This document shows, in pieces, positions 51,119 to 60,904 of a stretch of DNA of 64,000 bases. Under the pieces are notes generated by a model that worked only from the letters and a program-made list of their open reading frames with translations, was not told the DNA's origin and did not search any database. The position numbers and the translations under genes were made by a program. The stretch comes from Methanoregula sp. (GTDB taxonomy: Archaea; Halobacteriota; Methanomicrobia; Methanomicrobiales; Methanospirillaceae), in assembly GCA_039698055.1 (NCBI GenBank), contig JBDKTL010000021.1, positions 1-64,000 of the forward strand. Reading direction: 5' to 3'. Numbering within the stretch: position 1 is the stretch's first letter; each line of letters starts with the position of its first letter.

Positions 51119-51155
51119 TCTTCACCTCATACACATACATTCAATAACAATTACC

Positions 51156-51293
51156 AAATGTTAACCGGCATTACTTGCCTGTACATGTCGTAAGTTCGCG
51201 TATGTTAAATAATTTTTTTATTGTGCTAATCTTGTTTAGTATATTTGTTAAACCAAAAAAATTTCACCGATATGTTAATTAAACTATGTTAAC
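51156..51293. promoter_or_regulatory. fwdD upstream region with five TGTTAA motifs
   Basis: TGTTAA at about 51159, 51203, 51246, 51273 and 51287; three of them are TATGTTAA. Confidence 0.45.
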
Positions 51294-51331
51294 GTGAGGA
51301 TTCTCCGGTAATATCACTCAAAAATATTTGC

Positions 51332-52579
51332 TTAAAAGAAGAAAACCCGCTGGTAATCCCCGCGAATTCCCTGTACAGGATCAAAAAGGATTTTCCCCAG
51401 TTCCTGGCTTCCGATATCCATGACTGCATTGAGTTTTTTATTTTTCATAATCCCCCGTTCATAGAGCGATGGCAAAAAGGCACAGAACTGGAGTTTCTCA
51501 CTCCATGCAGAGGAATCGATAACCTCCTGGATATTGAAGAACTGGTCAAGGGGGTTGACTTTATGATCGCCCGAGAGTGCATAGACCCCGTCTTCAATAA
51601 AGATCACCCGGGTCCCGATTCCATGATGGGCGCAGGCAAGGGCAAAAAAGAGCGCGCCGAGCGCCAGTTCAGTACCGTAGGGACTTTTTGTGATAAATAT
51701 TATCACCGGTAGCGGATGGGGATGAGAATGATCGGTAAGATCGCGGGCAATATCCGGTTCGCAATGAGGAGTACATAGAGAGAAATATGTTTCCGCAAGA
51801 ATCGCATGACCGCGGCCGAACCGCTCGATAATCTCCTGCAGGGTCCGTATCTTTAAGTTTTTTATCGTGCAGGATGATATGACCGTTCCCTGGCCGTCAT
51901 CCCAGGTTCCATACCCCCGGGCAATGGCCGAACGCGAGGACGCATAGAGCGAACAGTTTAATCCCTGCCGGGTGGCCTGGTTGCAGAGCCCGACAAAGCC
52001 TTCCCCAAGGTTCCTGAAATCTGCCGGCCGCTGGTTGGAATGGCCGATATGCACCCCGTCAAGAAATGCGTATAACTCCGGCGAACATTTCCGGTCGAGT
52101 GCTGCTTTGAGGCACCGGAGTGAATTTCCTGAAGCCTGGTACATATAGGGAGAGCGGATCTGAAGATATCCCACGGTATCGGGAATCGCAGCCCGGGTAA
52201 CGGCCATCTCTAAAATTTCCCCCCAGAATGAATTTCCCGTACTGTCAGGACTGCTGACCCTGCTGCTGACATGATCCGGGTGTTTCATTTTCAGGGGTTC
52301 AAGGGAGATCCCCCTCAGGTCAAGTTCATCCTGGTCACAGATGATTTGGACAGATGGGAGGGAGATGATGATTTCCCAGACCGGAAGTGTCTCTTTGCTG
52401 ACGAGGCTGTAAAGTGCATCGCCCGTAATAAAGAAGACCACTACCGGGTTTTCCTGCTGGATGGGGTGCCGGAGCGTCTCCGGTGAGTACATAATAAAAA
52501 AATATTTGAGCACTTCTTCCAGCCAGGATATGCGTTCCCGGGTCATTGCTTCTCCGAGCAGGAAAAAATGTGATGACAT
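51332..52579 (-). CDS. DsrH-DsrE-DsrF (TusB-TusD-TusC)-like triple-domain fusion
   Basis: Domain 1: FFITGDALY..DELDLRGI. Domain 2: RSPY..YAFLDGVH..QRP..SSRSAIARG. Domain 3: ITKSPYGTE..IFIEDGVY..SLYERG. Confidence 0.75.
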   Translation of the reverse strand: MSSHFFLLGEAMTRERISWLEEVLKYFFIMYSPETLRHPIQQENPVVVFFITGDALYSLVSKETLPVWEIIISLPSVQIICDQDELDLRGISLEPLKMKHPDHVSSRVSSPDSTGNSFWGEILEMAVTRAAIPDTVGYLQIRSPYMYQASGNSLRCLKAALDRKCSPELYAFLDGVHIGHSNQRPADFRNLGEGFVGLCNQATRQGLNCSLYASSRSAIARGYGTWDDGQGTVISSCTIKNLKIRTLQEIIERFGRGHAILAETYFSLCTPHCEPDIARDLTDHSHPHPLPVIIFITKSPYGTELALGALFFALACAHHGIGTRVIFIEDGVYALSGDHKVNPLDQFFNIQEVIDSSAWSEKLQFCAFLPSLYERGIMKNKKLNAVMDIGSQELGKILFDPVQGIRGDYQRVFFF

Positions 52580-53087
52580 GAACTGACCTTCTTGTATGAA
52601 TATTGGTAATGGATATTATCAATGTAAGTTTTTATTTTTTTTTTTAAGCACCGGTCCGGCTTTTACCGGGGTGCACTTTTAACTGGTGGAATCTGACAAT
52701 CGCAAGGGAAATACAGGATGCGCAGGTACGACGGTTTCGTCATCACCCGGTAAAGGTGCAGGCTTACATTATTGAAGCGATTCGTCCAGCTCCAAAGGGG
52801 TCGCTTTGAAAAAATCCTGGTAACCACTCGACGGATAACGCGGTTTTATTCTCCCGGATAAAACAGATAATTTTCATCCGGGATGAGGGAATTTCATGCG
52901 AACCCGGCGCACAGGAAGCCGCGTCGGGGCGGCGGAGTCGGTCATGATTGAGGGTATGGACGCATCAACCCTCATCAATGAAATTAAAATTGCAGAGAAT
53001 AATGAGTTACATAAAAGGGTCGATATATGAAAAAATGTTTTGTGCGAGGGGAAAAATCCCGTTGGCCGCACAGAGGTTTTTTTACAA

Positions 53088-53351
53088 TCAGAGATTTGCA
53101 AGAGCCGCAAATTCTCCTTTCCCGGACAGGGTGATGACCTGGTACGGGCAGGCACCGACACAAACACCACAGCCGGCACAAAGTTCCGATTTGACATCGA
53201 GGCTGATCGATCGCCCTTCGACAACGCTGTAGATTTTTTCTTTCGTTACCGGGTTGACCGTATAGAGTTCGAGCGCATTGACCGGGCATGCAGCAACGCA
53301 GTTGCCGCAGCCGGTGCACCGGTTTATATTAACATGTACTGCAAATGCCAT
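53088..53351 (-). CDS. fwdG: 2x[4Fe-4S] ferredoxin, FwdG-like
   Basis: CTGCGNCVAACPVN and CAGCGVCVGACP. Close to the fwd operon. GAGGAG RBS. Confidence 0.8.
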   Translation of the reverse strand: MAFAVHVNINRCTGCGNCVAACPVNALELYTVNPVTKEKIYSVVEGRSISLDVKSELCAGCGVCVGACPYQVITLSGKGEFAALANL

Positions 53352-53633
53352 GATTTCTCCTCAATGAAAGATATACAGTTAGTTGCAGTGTGCTTGTAAT
53401 TAAATTTTATGAACTTTTGTACAGGTTAATGAAAATTGATACCAGATGATCTCACATTCCATAAGACTCCTGAAAAAGATATTTCCCGTGAACCCTCCGC
53501 AGTACGCAGGTACTAGTATGATATATTATTCAGTATCTACCGGATTCCACGATATCATTCTAAGAGGGACGATATCTTTTCATTTTTTTAGCAGTACCAA
53601 GAACTTATTTTTGCCGGCGTCATCACCGGCATT

Positions 53634-54356
53634 TCAGGCCACAGGTTCATGCACGTCCGACGGCCCATCGATAGCAACATCAGAGAACCAGATCATCAGC
53701 GCCATACAGACACCCAGTGCGGCAACCCCCGCGGTCCATTTCAGTGATGGGGGGAACATGCTCCCGCTGTTGATCAGGATAACCACTGCGGCTCCCGTGC
53801 AGAGCAGCATGTGGAACCTGCGGATACGGCAGTCTTCCTTGTTACAGGGCCGGATGCTCCCGGATATCCGGTATCTTTCATCAAACGGGTACAGGAAACA
53901 CAATCCTTTTTTTGTGCAGATGTCTTCGGTGAAATGAAACAGGACACCAAGGATGATGCCGGCGAGGAATACTTTCACATAATATATCCCGGCAACCTGC
54001 GGGAAGAGGAGCGTGAGCAGGATAATAATAAAACCAAAAATTCCCGAGAGCAGGCATAATCCTGGCAGCGAATGGGTCAGCCGCTTGTCTTCAGACCGGG
54101 GGGTAAACCCGGGGATACGCCGGTACAGGAACAGGTAGACCTTGAGAACGGTCATTTTGAATACGCAGGTAACCATCCATGCAAGAGACAATGCCCGGAA
54201 GGTTTTTGGTTTTTTCATCTGGATGTCCGGGAGTACCGCACCCGTACAGACTCCAAGAGCTATCGCAGGGAGCGCCCACACGTTTGTGGAGACGAGCGGG
54301 AAATAAAGGATGAGCATACTTCCCAGCGCAAGAGCAATATGGTGCCGTGTGATCAT
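53634..54356 (-). CDS. YdjM-like membrane-bound metal-dependent hydrolase
   Basis: MITRHH, GAVLPDI, RLTHSL, HFTEDICTKKG. Confidence 0.85.
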   Translation of the reverse strand: MITRHHIALALGSMLILYFPLVSTNVWALPAIALGVCTGAVLPDIQMKKPKTFRALSLAWMVTCVFKMTVLKVYLFLYRRIPGFTPRSEDKRLTHSLPGLCLLSGIFGFIIILLTLLFPQVAGIYYVKVFLAGIILGVLFHFTEDICTKKGLCFLYPFDERYRISGSIRPCNKEDCRIRRFHMLLCTGAAVVILINSGSMFPPSLKWTAGVAALGVCMALMIWFSDVAIDGPSDVHEPVA

Positions 54357-54500
54357 GATTTTGCCTGCCAAATGAGTGCCAGCGGGAGCGCCAGGATCGC
54401 AATTTCAGGTAATAATAGTGAGACTTGCAAAGAGTCCCAGTACAAACAGGCAGATACCAAAGGAAAGGCCAAGGAGGGATTTTTTCCAGTGTGCTGCCAT
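54353..54500 (-). pseudogene. Small two-TM ORF split by a 1-nt frameshift
   Basis: MAAHWKKSLLGLSFGICLFVLGLFASLTIIT*. The shifted frame continues PEIAILALPLALIWQAKS*, with an ATGA overlap into the hydrolase. Confidence 0.5.
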
Positions 54501-54523
54501 TTTCACTCCCATTACTCCTTTCA

Positions 54524-54937
54524 TCATGCAGATGACGGCATGCACTCCGGGTAATGGACTGCATTTTTCTTTTTTGTGAGCCAGACAAGCCTGCCGTCAC
54601 AATACCCGAATGCATGCATGGAGATGATCGAGATCGCAGATGGCACAGCAGATACATCAGTGTCCTTTGGGACGAGCAGGTATTTTCTGGTGTTTTCGCG
54701 ATTTTCGCTTTTAATGCCGCTGAGCTGACGGACACTCTCATCGATCATGGCGGCATCAAACACTACCATCAAAGCCGCAGATTCCTTATTCCCGCGTATA
54801 TGCCGCGAGATCCGGTAAAGAGTGCCACAATGATCCTGGCCGGTAACCGGCATGCACTTCCACCCGTCGAATTCTGAAAAGACCGCCCTGATATCCATAC
54901 TGGCAAAGGTCTGCATAATGTCCTGTGCTGATCCCAT
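54524..54937 (-). CDS. Hypothetical protein
   Basis: Full ORF heading the small operon; protein-like composition. Confidence 0.65.
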   Translation of the reverse strand: MGSAQDIMQTFASMDIRAVFSEFDGWKCMPVTGQDHCGTLYRISRHIRGNKESAALMVVFDAAMIDESVRQLSGIKSENRENTRKYLLVPKDTDVSAVPSAISIISMHAFGYCDGRLVWLTKKKNAVHYPECMPSSA

Positions 54938-55131
54938 GATATATCACGAGATCCATGGGTGGGGAGACTATTTTAAGTTATTGTGATTTGATTAATTTGT
55001 TTATAAAATTAATATAAATTGATTTACAACTTAATGAAATTTGCAGAAGAACTATCCGGCAACAAATCCTATCGGCAATCATTTATGCTCAAAAAATTCC
55101 AGAATAGTAAAATAAAAAATACGTGAAGATT

Positions 55132-55419
55132 ATGCCGACACTCTTTCCGGACCCGGTTCCTCCCTTCCCGGGATGGAAAAAAAGGATGTACCATCTATCC
55201 CGCCCGGTAACCATGGAGGATATCCAGGCATTTTTAGGATCAGAAGAACTCTACATCCGCGAGACATCTGCAGGCCCGGTACATATTATCCATAAATACG
55301 GCCTTCTTGAGATCCACTGCCTGCCCGGCCAGGCAGAAATTGAGGTATGGTTCAGCCCCGAGCAGCCGGCATATGCCACTGAATATCTTGACGGCCTGCT
55401 CGCGACCCGGTTTCAATAA
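55132..55419 (+). CDS. Small hypothetical protein
   Basis: Clean ORF with upstream AT-rich promoter; fills the gap between divergent genes. Confidence 0.65.
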   Translation: MPTLFPDPVPPFPGWKKRMYHLSRPVTMEDIQAFLGSEELYIRETSAGPVHIIHKYGLLEIHCLPGQAEIEVWFSPEQPAYATEYLDGLLATRFQ

Positions 55420-55446
55420 CGATTCTGTAGGGTAAAAAAGAGAAGA

Positions 55447-55656
55447 TTAATCAATCCCTACCAGCACTTCGGATGCTTTTACGATCGCGTAGACTTTCGA
55501 TCCTTCCCGCAGGTTCATTTTTTCTGCAGAATGGGTCGTGATGGACGAGACTATCTCGTTACCCCCGGCAATTGTCATAACAACTTCTGTCGTAACGGGG
55601 CCTTTCTTAATCATCTTGACGGTTCCGGGGATCTGGTTTCGTGCACTGATCTTCAT
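55447..55656 (-). CDS. Mop/TOBE molybdate-binding protein (molbindin)
   Basis: MKISARNQIPG..SSIT..S..L..G..V.AIVKASEV. GGTGA RBS. Confidence 0.93.
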   Translation of the reverse strand: MKISARNQIPGTVKMIKKGPVTTEVVMTIAGGNEIVSSITTHSAEKMNLREGSKVYAIVKASEVLVGID

Positions 55657-55980
55657 GGTTCTCACCACGCGTACTTGTTGCTGGTTGTATATCAACAATC
55701 CTGTGAGAACATGCCGGGAACTGCTGCAGAACAGGCTGACAGCGTGTGCAGCTACCGGGTTCTTCTTCACATCCCAAATAAAGAATATCCGTTCATCAGC
55801 CTGCATAAAGTCTGTTTTTTAATCCGAATGCGAAGGGATTGGCAATTTCAATCGTTTCTAAAAACCCCGGACCGGTAACCTGAACAAAATGGCAGGGTGA
55901 TACCAGTGATGAACAACCACCAGGGAAAAACGATCCGGGTGAAACGTGATTTTTGCCAAATCGCACAGATCAAAAAACGT

Positions 55981-56691
55981 TCACTGACGCGTGCACGTAC
56001 AGGTGCGCATCTTCAGATCGTCCGGCAGATTGTCCGGATTTCCTTTCCAGCAGCACTTCCCTTCCGATAACAGCATCGCATGACTGCTTATATCCCGCGC
56101 ATCCCCGGGCCGGTGCGTGACAAGAATGCAGGGAATCCGCATATCAGCAATCGTGGACCGGAGCAGTTCCTTAATCGATTCAATACTCTCGACATCAAGC
56201 GCCGTAAACGGTTCGTCCAGCATCAGCAGAGACGGCCTGATCGCAAATGCCCGGGCCAGTGCCACCCGCTGCTGCTGGCCACCTGACAGATCTCCCGCGA
56301 TTACCCGGGAAAGATCTGTAATACCGGTCCGGGAAAGCCAGTTGTCAACCCGCTCAGGAATCTCGGAGGGTTTCACGTGCAGTGCCTTGAGTCCATACGC
56401 CACATTTTCCCAAACCGTGAGGTGGGGAAAAACCGCACAGTTCTGGAAGACGTACCCGATGCCCCGGTCTTCGACCGGTATATCGATCCGGTGCCTGCTG
56501 TCGTAGAGCCCGGAACCGTTGAGCCGGATAGTGCCCTTGTCCGGGCAGATAAGGCCCGAAATAATATTCAGCGTAGTCGATTTTCCCGACCCGTTTGATC
56601 CCATCAGCACGAGCGTCGTCCCGGATTCAACCCGGACCTCGACATCAAGCGCAAAGTCCCGGAGTTTTTTTGTCACCTGCACCTCAAGCAT
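55981..56691 (-). CDS. modC: Molybdate ABC transporter ATPase (no C-terminal TOBE domain)
   Basis: GSNGSGKST, LSGGQQQRVALARA, LDEPF. Confidence 0.88.
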   Translation of the reverse strand: MLEVQVTKKLRDFALDVEVRVESGTTLVLMGSNGSGKSTTLNIISGLICPDKGTIRLNGSGLYDSRHRIDIPVEDRGIGYVFQNCAVFPHLTVWENVAYGLKALHVKPSEIPERVDNWLSRTGITDLSRVIAGDLSGGQQQRVALARAFAIRPSLLMLDEPFTALDVESIESIKELLRSTIADMRIPCILVTHRPGDARDISSHAMLLSEGKCCWKGNPDNLPDDLKMRTCTCTRQ

Positions 56692-57505
56692 GGCGGGCCT
56701 CCTTATGTGCAAGTATCCGTACAGCAATCATGATCGCAAACGAGATGATAACCAGCAGGATCGAGATCGTCAGCCCCATGTTGAAATCCCCTTCCAGTCC
56801 CACGTACACGGCAAGCGGCATCGTCTGGGAGACTCCGGGCAGGTTGCCGGCAAACATGATCGTCGCACCAAACTCTCCCAGTGCCCGCCCAAATGTCATC
56901 ACTGCGCCCGAGACAAGGCCGCTTGCCGTCAGCGGAATCGTAATGGTGGCAAAGGTTCTCAAAGGTGTTGCCCCAAGTGTCCGGGCGGTCCGCTCATACG
57001 CCGGATCGAGCTGCTCAAATAACGATTTTGCCTGCCGCAGGTAGAAAGGGGACGCAACGAAGATCTGCGCCATGATCACCGCAAGGGTTGTAAATGCAAT
57101 CGAGATCCCCAGCATGTTGAAATACCGCCCAAGAAGCCCGGTCCGGCCGTACAGGACGAGCAGTGCCATACCGGCAACTGCCGGGGGAAGGACAAGGGGC
57201 AGGTCGATGAGGGTATCGACAATAACCTTGCCCGGGTATTCATTGCGGGCGTGGAAGTACGCAAACGGCGTACCGACTAAAAGAACAACCGTCAGTGCAA
57301 CACAGGTCGTGGAGAGCGAAAGCCAGAGTGCGCTCATGACGAGCGGGTCAGATAACGATGAGAGGAAAAGCTCCGGGGTCGTGCGGAAGAACAGGGCGAC
57401 GATTGGGAGGGCGAGATAGAGCGTGACGGCAAGGATCAGGATCCCGGCACAGACGACAGTAAGACTGTGCCTGAATTTTTTTGGGATGCGGGCCGGCAGG
57501 TTCAT
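56684..57505 (-). CDS. modB: Molybdate ABC transporter permease
   Basis: LPLVLPPAVAG, ARTLGA, RALGEFGAT. Confidence 0.93.
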   Translation of the reverse strand: MNLPARIPKKFRHSLTVVCAGILILAVTLYLALPIVALFFRTTPELFLSSLSDPLVMSALWLSLSTTCVALTVVLLVGTPFAYFHARNEYPGKVIVDTLIDLPLVLPPAVAGMALLVLYGRTGLLGRYFNMLGISIAFTTLAVIMAQIFVASPFYLRQAKSLFEQLDPAYERTARTLGATPLRTFATITIPLTASGLVSGAVMTFGRALGEFGATIMFAGNLPGVSQTMPLAVYVGLEGDFNMGLTISILLVIISFAIMIAVRILAHKEARHA

Positions 57506-57571
57506 GAATCAGAATTTTTTTGGCTCACAATACGAAATAACTAAGGAATACCACAAAGGTAATTAAAAAAA

Positions 57572-58525
57572 TTAGGATACCGACCTGAATCCATAGTCAT
57601 TGAGGATCTTCTGGCCGGCAGATGAGAGCATGAACTGTTCGAAATCAGCGGCAACAGCCTGGTTTTTGCTTTCCTTTAAGATCGCTATCGAATAGATCTG
57701 GAGATAGTTGTCGCTCTTTGGGATGGTTATACCGATGATTGTGCCCTTCTGCGCTGCGGTATAGGTCGATTCATAGACGAACCCGGCATCGACTTCACCA
57801 AGTGAGACCTTGGTTGCAACCGCAGGTTCGGAGGTCTCATAGGTCACGACATTTGAATAGAGTGCATCCTTCCAGTCCTGGCCGTAGGTCGAGTTCGCGA
57901 GGTTGCCGATTGCTCCGGCAGTTGCCGCACCGACTGGTACTTCCTTTGCGGCAATTGCGATCTTCATGCCGGGTTTTGCAAGGTCTGCAAGGGACTTGAT
58001 GTTACCGGGGTTTGACGCGGGGAGAATCACAATGACATAGTTAAGGGTCAGGGGGTGTACCGTCCCGTCGACAAAATATCCTTCGCTCTTGAGCGTATTT
58101 GTGTAGCTGTTACTGGCGGAGATGAAAACATCGGAATATGCACCAGCCTCGATCTGTGTCTTGAGGGTCTGGGTTCCGGCAAGGTTAAAGACAACCTTGT
58201 GGCCCGGGTATGCAGCCGTAAATGAAGGGCCGATGGTTTTTGTTGCGCCGGACAACGATGCGGCTGTGTACACAACAAGATTCCCGCTGGATTCAGTGTA
58301 AACGGGTGTAGGCACACTCGTTGTCGTCACTGCGACGGGCGACGTAGTCGCGGCAGCGGGCTGGGCAGTTGTTGCCACGGGAATGGGTATGGATGTTGTA
58401 ACAACCGGTGTTGCCGGGGCCGGTGATGGTGTTGAGGTGCATCCGGCAAACATGGCCGAAAATACCAGAAGTCCACAGACAATTCCCATAAGAATTACGT
58501 GTTGAATGTCAAGTTTGGTTTTCAT
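57572..58525 (-). CDS. modA: Molybdate-binding lipoprotein
   Basis: FAGC lipobox, PT-rich linker, AASL, DVFISAS, VPVG, GEVDAGFVY. Confidence 0.92.
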   Translation of the reverse strand: MKTKLDIQHVILMGIVCGLLVFSAMFAGCTSTPSPAPATPVVTTSIPIPVATTAQPAAATTSPVAVTTTSVPTPVYTESSGNLVVYTAASLSGATKTIGPSFTAAYPGHKVVFNLAGTQTLKTQIEAGAYSDVFISASNSYTNTLKSEGYFVDGTVHPLTLNYVIVILPASNPGNIKSLADLAKPGMKIAIAAKEVPVGAATAGAIGNLANSTYGQDWKDALYSNVVTYETSEPAVATKVSLGEVDAGFVYESTYTAAQKGTIIGITIPKSDNYLQIYSIAILKESKNQAVAADFEQFMLSSAGQKILNDYGFRSVS

Positions 58526-58702
58526 AAGGCTTCGTTTCCTTTACCGTTCATTTGAAAAAACCTGCTAAATAATTTTTGTTTATGGGTCTGGTGAGTATAC
58601 CATTTTCAGTAAACATTTTAAAAATTTTAACGCGATTTAATGTTTGGCTAATCTCCCCGGGTTTTTGATGTTTTATTAAATGAAGTTCTGAATGCTGTTA
58701 TT

Positions 58703-59662
58703 TTACACCATGCATCCATCAGCGGGAGGGCGACCGCGATCGGCATCGGGGCGCATCACCAGGTAATGCCGCTGGGTCATTCTCACAATATCTGCCATGT
58801 CCGGATCGTACTGAACGGATTCGATAAACCGCTGGGGGTTGTCGATACGAAAAGACGTGATGAAATCAACACCCTGCATAAAGAACTCATCAGGTATGAG
58901 TGCGCCGCACATTCCATATAATCCCACAATCCGGGCATGATGCGCGTAATTCACCAGTGTGCGGAAGCTGTCGTCAACAAGAGAGGACGCCGGGATGAGA
59001 ACGACATCTGCACAACCAAGAATATCCGGCATTTCATGTGCAGAGTGCAGGGAGATACCTACCGGACCGTATGTGACGGTATGATCGATCAGGACGGTCC
59101 TTGCAGGACCGGGAGATTTTGTATCGACAATGTGGAGCTCTTTGCAATGCCCCCGCAGGTTCCGGGCGAGATTGTCGTAACCGACAAGGGCAACAACATC
59201 GTCTTCTGCAATCAGCCGTGAGATCATGGGATACTGCTGGACAATCGAATCAGCTGCCATCCAGCACTGCGCATGGTACCCGCGTTTCCTGATAGCCGAG
59301 CAGCCAAGGAATTGTTGCGAGAGCGCACTCATCGCGGCTATCGCCAGCGACCGGTCATACAGGTTACCGGAACTGATGCCTTGTTCTGCAACCTCGAACA
59401 GGGGTTTACCCACCATTCCCTGCAGCCGCAGCACTTCAGGATGGTTCCGTTGGGTAGAGAGGGCAAGATTTTCAGAAAAACATTCTGCGATACCACACTC
59501 GTTCTGCGAACCTATGATAATATTCCATAACGGTTTGATCGCAATACGCGAGACCCGGCTGGGGCGTATATGATTCTCTTTATAGAGCGTGTTGAGCATA
59601 CGGAGCGTATGATTCAGTACCTGATCCCCGCACGGTTTCCGTTGTGATATGGTCTCTTCCAT
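58703..59662 (-). CDS. DUF364 / Rossmann-like putative heavy-metal chelation protein
   Basis: SLAIAAMSALSQ, VALVG, ADVVLIPASSLVDDSF, IPDEFF..GVD. Confidence 0.8.
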   Translation of the reverse strand: MEETISQRKPCGDQVLNHTLRMLNTLYKENHIRPSRVSRIAIKPLWNIIIGSQNECGIAECFSENLALSTQRNHPEVLRLQGMVGKPLFEVAEQGISSGNLYDRSLAIAAMSALSQQFLGCSAIRKRGYHAQCWMAADSIVQQYPMISRLIAEDDVVALVGYDNLARNLRGHCKELHIVDTKSPGPARTVLIDHTVTYGPVGISLHSAHEMPDILGCADVVLIPASSLVDDSFRTLVNYAHHARIVGLYGMCGALIPDEFFMQGVDFITSFRIDNPQRFIESVQYDPDMADIVRMTQRHYLVMRPDADRGRPPADGCMV

Positions 59663-60157
59663 GGAAATGTCCCTTCAAAGCCTGAACATATGAGAATTGT
59701 GATGCGCCGGCATATTATCGTGGTTGTTGGTGAATATAACCATTTTTAATTAATAAGATATAAAAGTTAAATATAAAAATTTAATAAGGGGCATGTCCAA
59801 TATAGGTATTGTCCCTGTGGAAACACCTGTGGGACACATGCACATACTGAAATAACCTTAGCCATCTCCCGAAAATTCCGGCGTACACTGACCATGTACA
59901 TAATAAGCCGGAAAACCGGGAGCTGCTGCCTTCATTGGAATCTTTTAAAAAAATCCCATGTCCGAAGGGCACCGGTTTTACGACATGTTTTTTGTGTGGG
60001 AGAACGTGACATCCTCTGGCACAGGAAAGGTCACCGTTCATTTTTGGTATTTTTTGCCCCGTCATTCCCGGCAACGGGCGGTTTTTTCATTCTGCGATTC
60101 CTATAATGAATAATTCCAGCCGGGAGATAATCCACTACACGTAACGGAGAGATTTTC

Positions 60158-60784
60158 ATGTCCGAATACTTTGAAAAAGCTGCAATCATCTGGGACAATG
60201 ATCCCTACCGACTGAATATGGCAAATACCATTGCCGACACGATGATCCGGGTGGCACTTCCCAAAAGTACCGATACAATCCTCGATTACGGGACCGGTAC
60301 CGGTAATATTGCGCTCAGGCTGTACCCGCATGTCAAAAAGATTATTGCGGTGGATTTAGCAAGGAACATGCTCGCGGTGCTCGGACAGAAACTGGAAAAA
60401 GAAGGCATTACGTCCATTGAACCCCGTGAATGGAGCATTGGCCATGATACAACCAACCTGCCCCGGTTTGATCTCATCGTGAGTTCCATGACCCTGCACC
60501 ATGTCGGGGATACTTCGGAAGCGGCAAGGACATTTCACGAGATTCTTGTACCGGGAGGAAAAATTGCCCTTGCCGATCTTGACTGCGAGAACGGGGAATT
60601 TCACGAGAAGCCCGGCATTGCGGATCATAACGGGTTTGACCGGAATAAACTCATGCAGGTATTTTCCGGTGCAGGATTCCAAAATATCCGGTTTGATGAG
60701 GCGGCAACCGTGTCAAAAAAATCTTCACTGACCGGGAATACCCGGGATTTCACCATTTTTCTTATGACTGCTGACCGGCTGTAA
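60158..60784 (+). CDS. Class I SAM-dependent methyltransferase
   Basis: ILDYGTGTG, AVD, FDLIVSSMTLHH, LVPGG. Confidence 0.93.
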   Translation: MSEYFEKAAIIWDNDPYRLNMANTIADTMIRVALPKSTDTILDYGTGTGNIALRLYPHVKKIIAVDLARNMLAVLGQKLEKEGITSIEPREWSIGHDTTNLPRFDLIVSSMTLHHVGDTSEAARTFHEILVPGGKIALADLDCENGEFHEKPGIADHNGFDRNKLMQVFSGAGFQNIRFDEAATVSKKSSLTGNTRDFTIFLMTADRL

Positions 60785-60904
60785 TTTTTTTGTGCACACC
60801 GCTTCATGCCGGTGGAGCCGGCCACTGCCCGGCCCCCCGGTTTTTTCCGCCGCAAACCTGCATCATTTATCTCGTTTTCCATCCATCGGTACCATGAATT
60901 GTCC

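Noticed and set aside
60800-60850. Cobalamin riboswitch (GCCACTG)
   Set aside because: The other conserved elements (GGGAA, B12 box) are absent.
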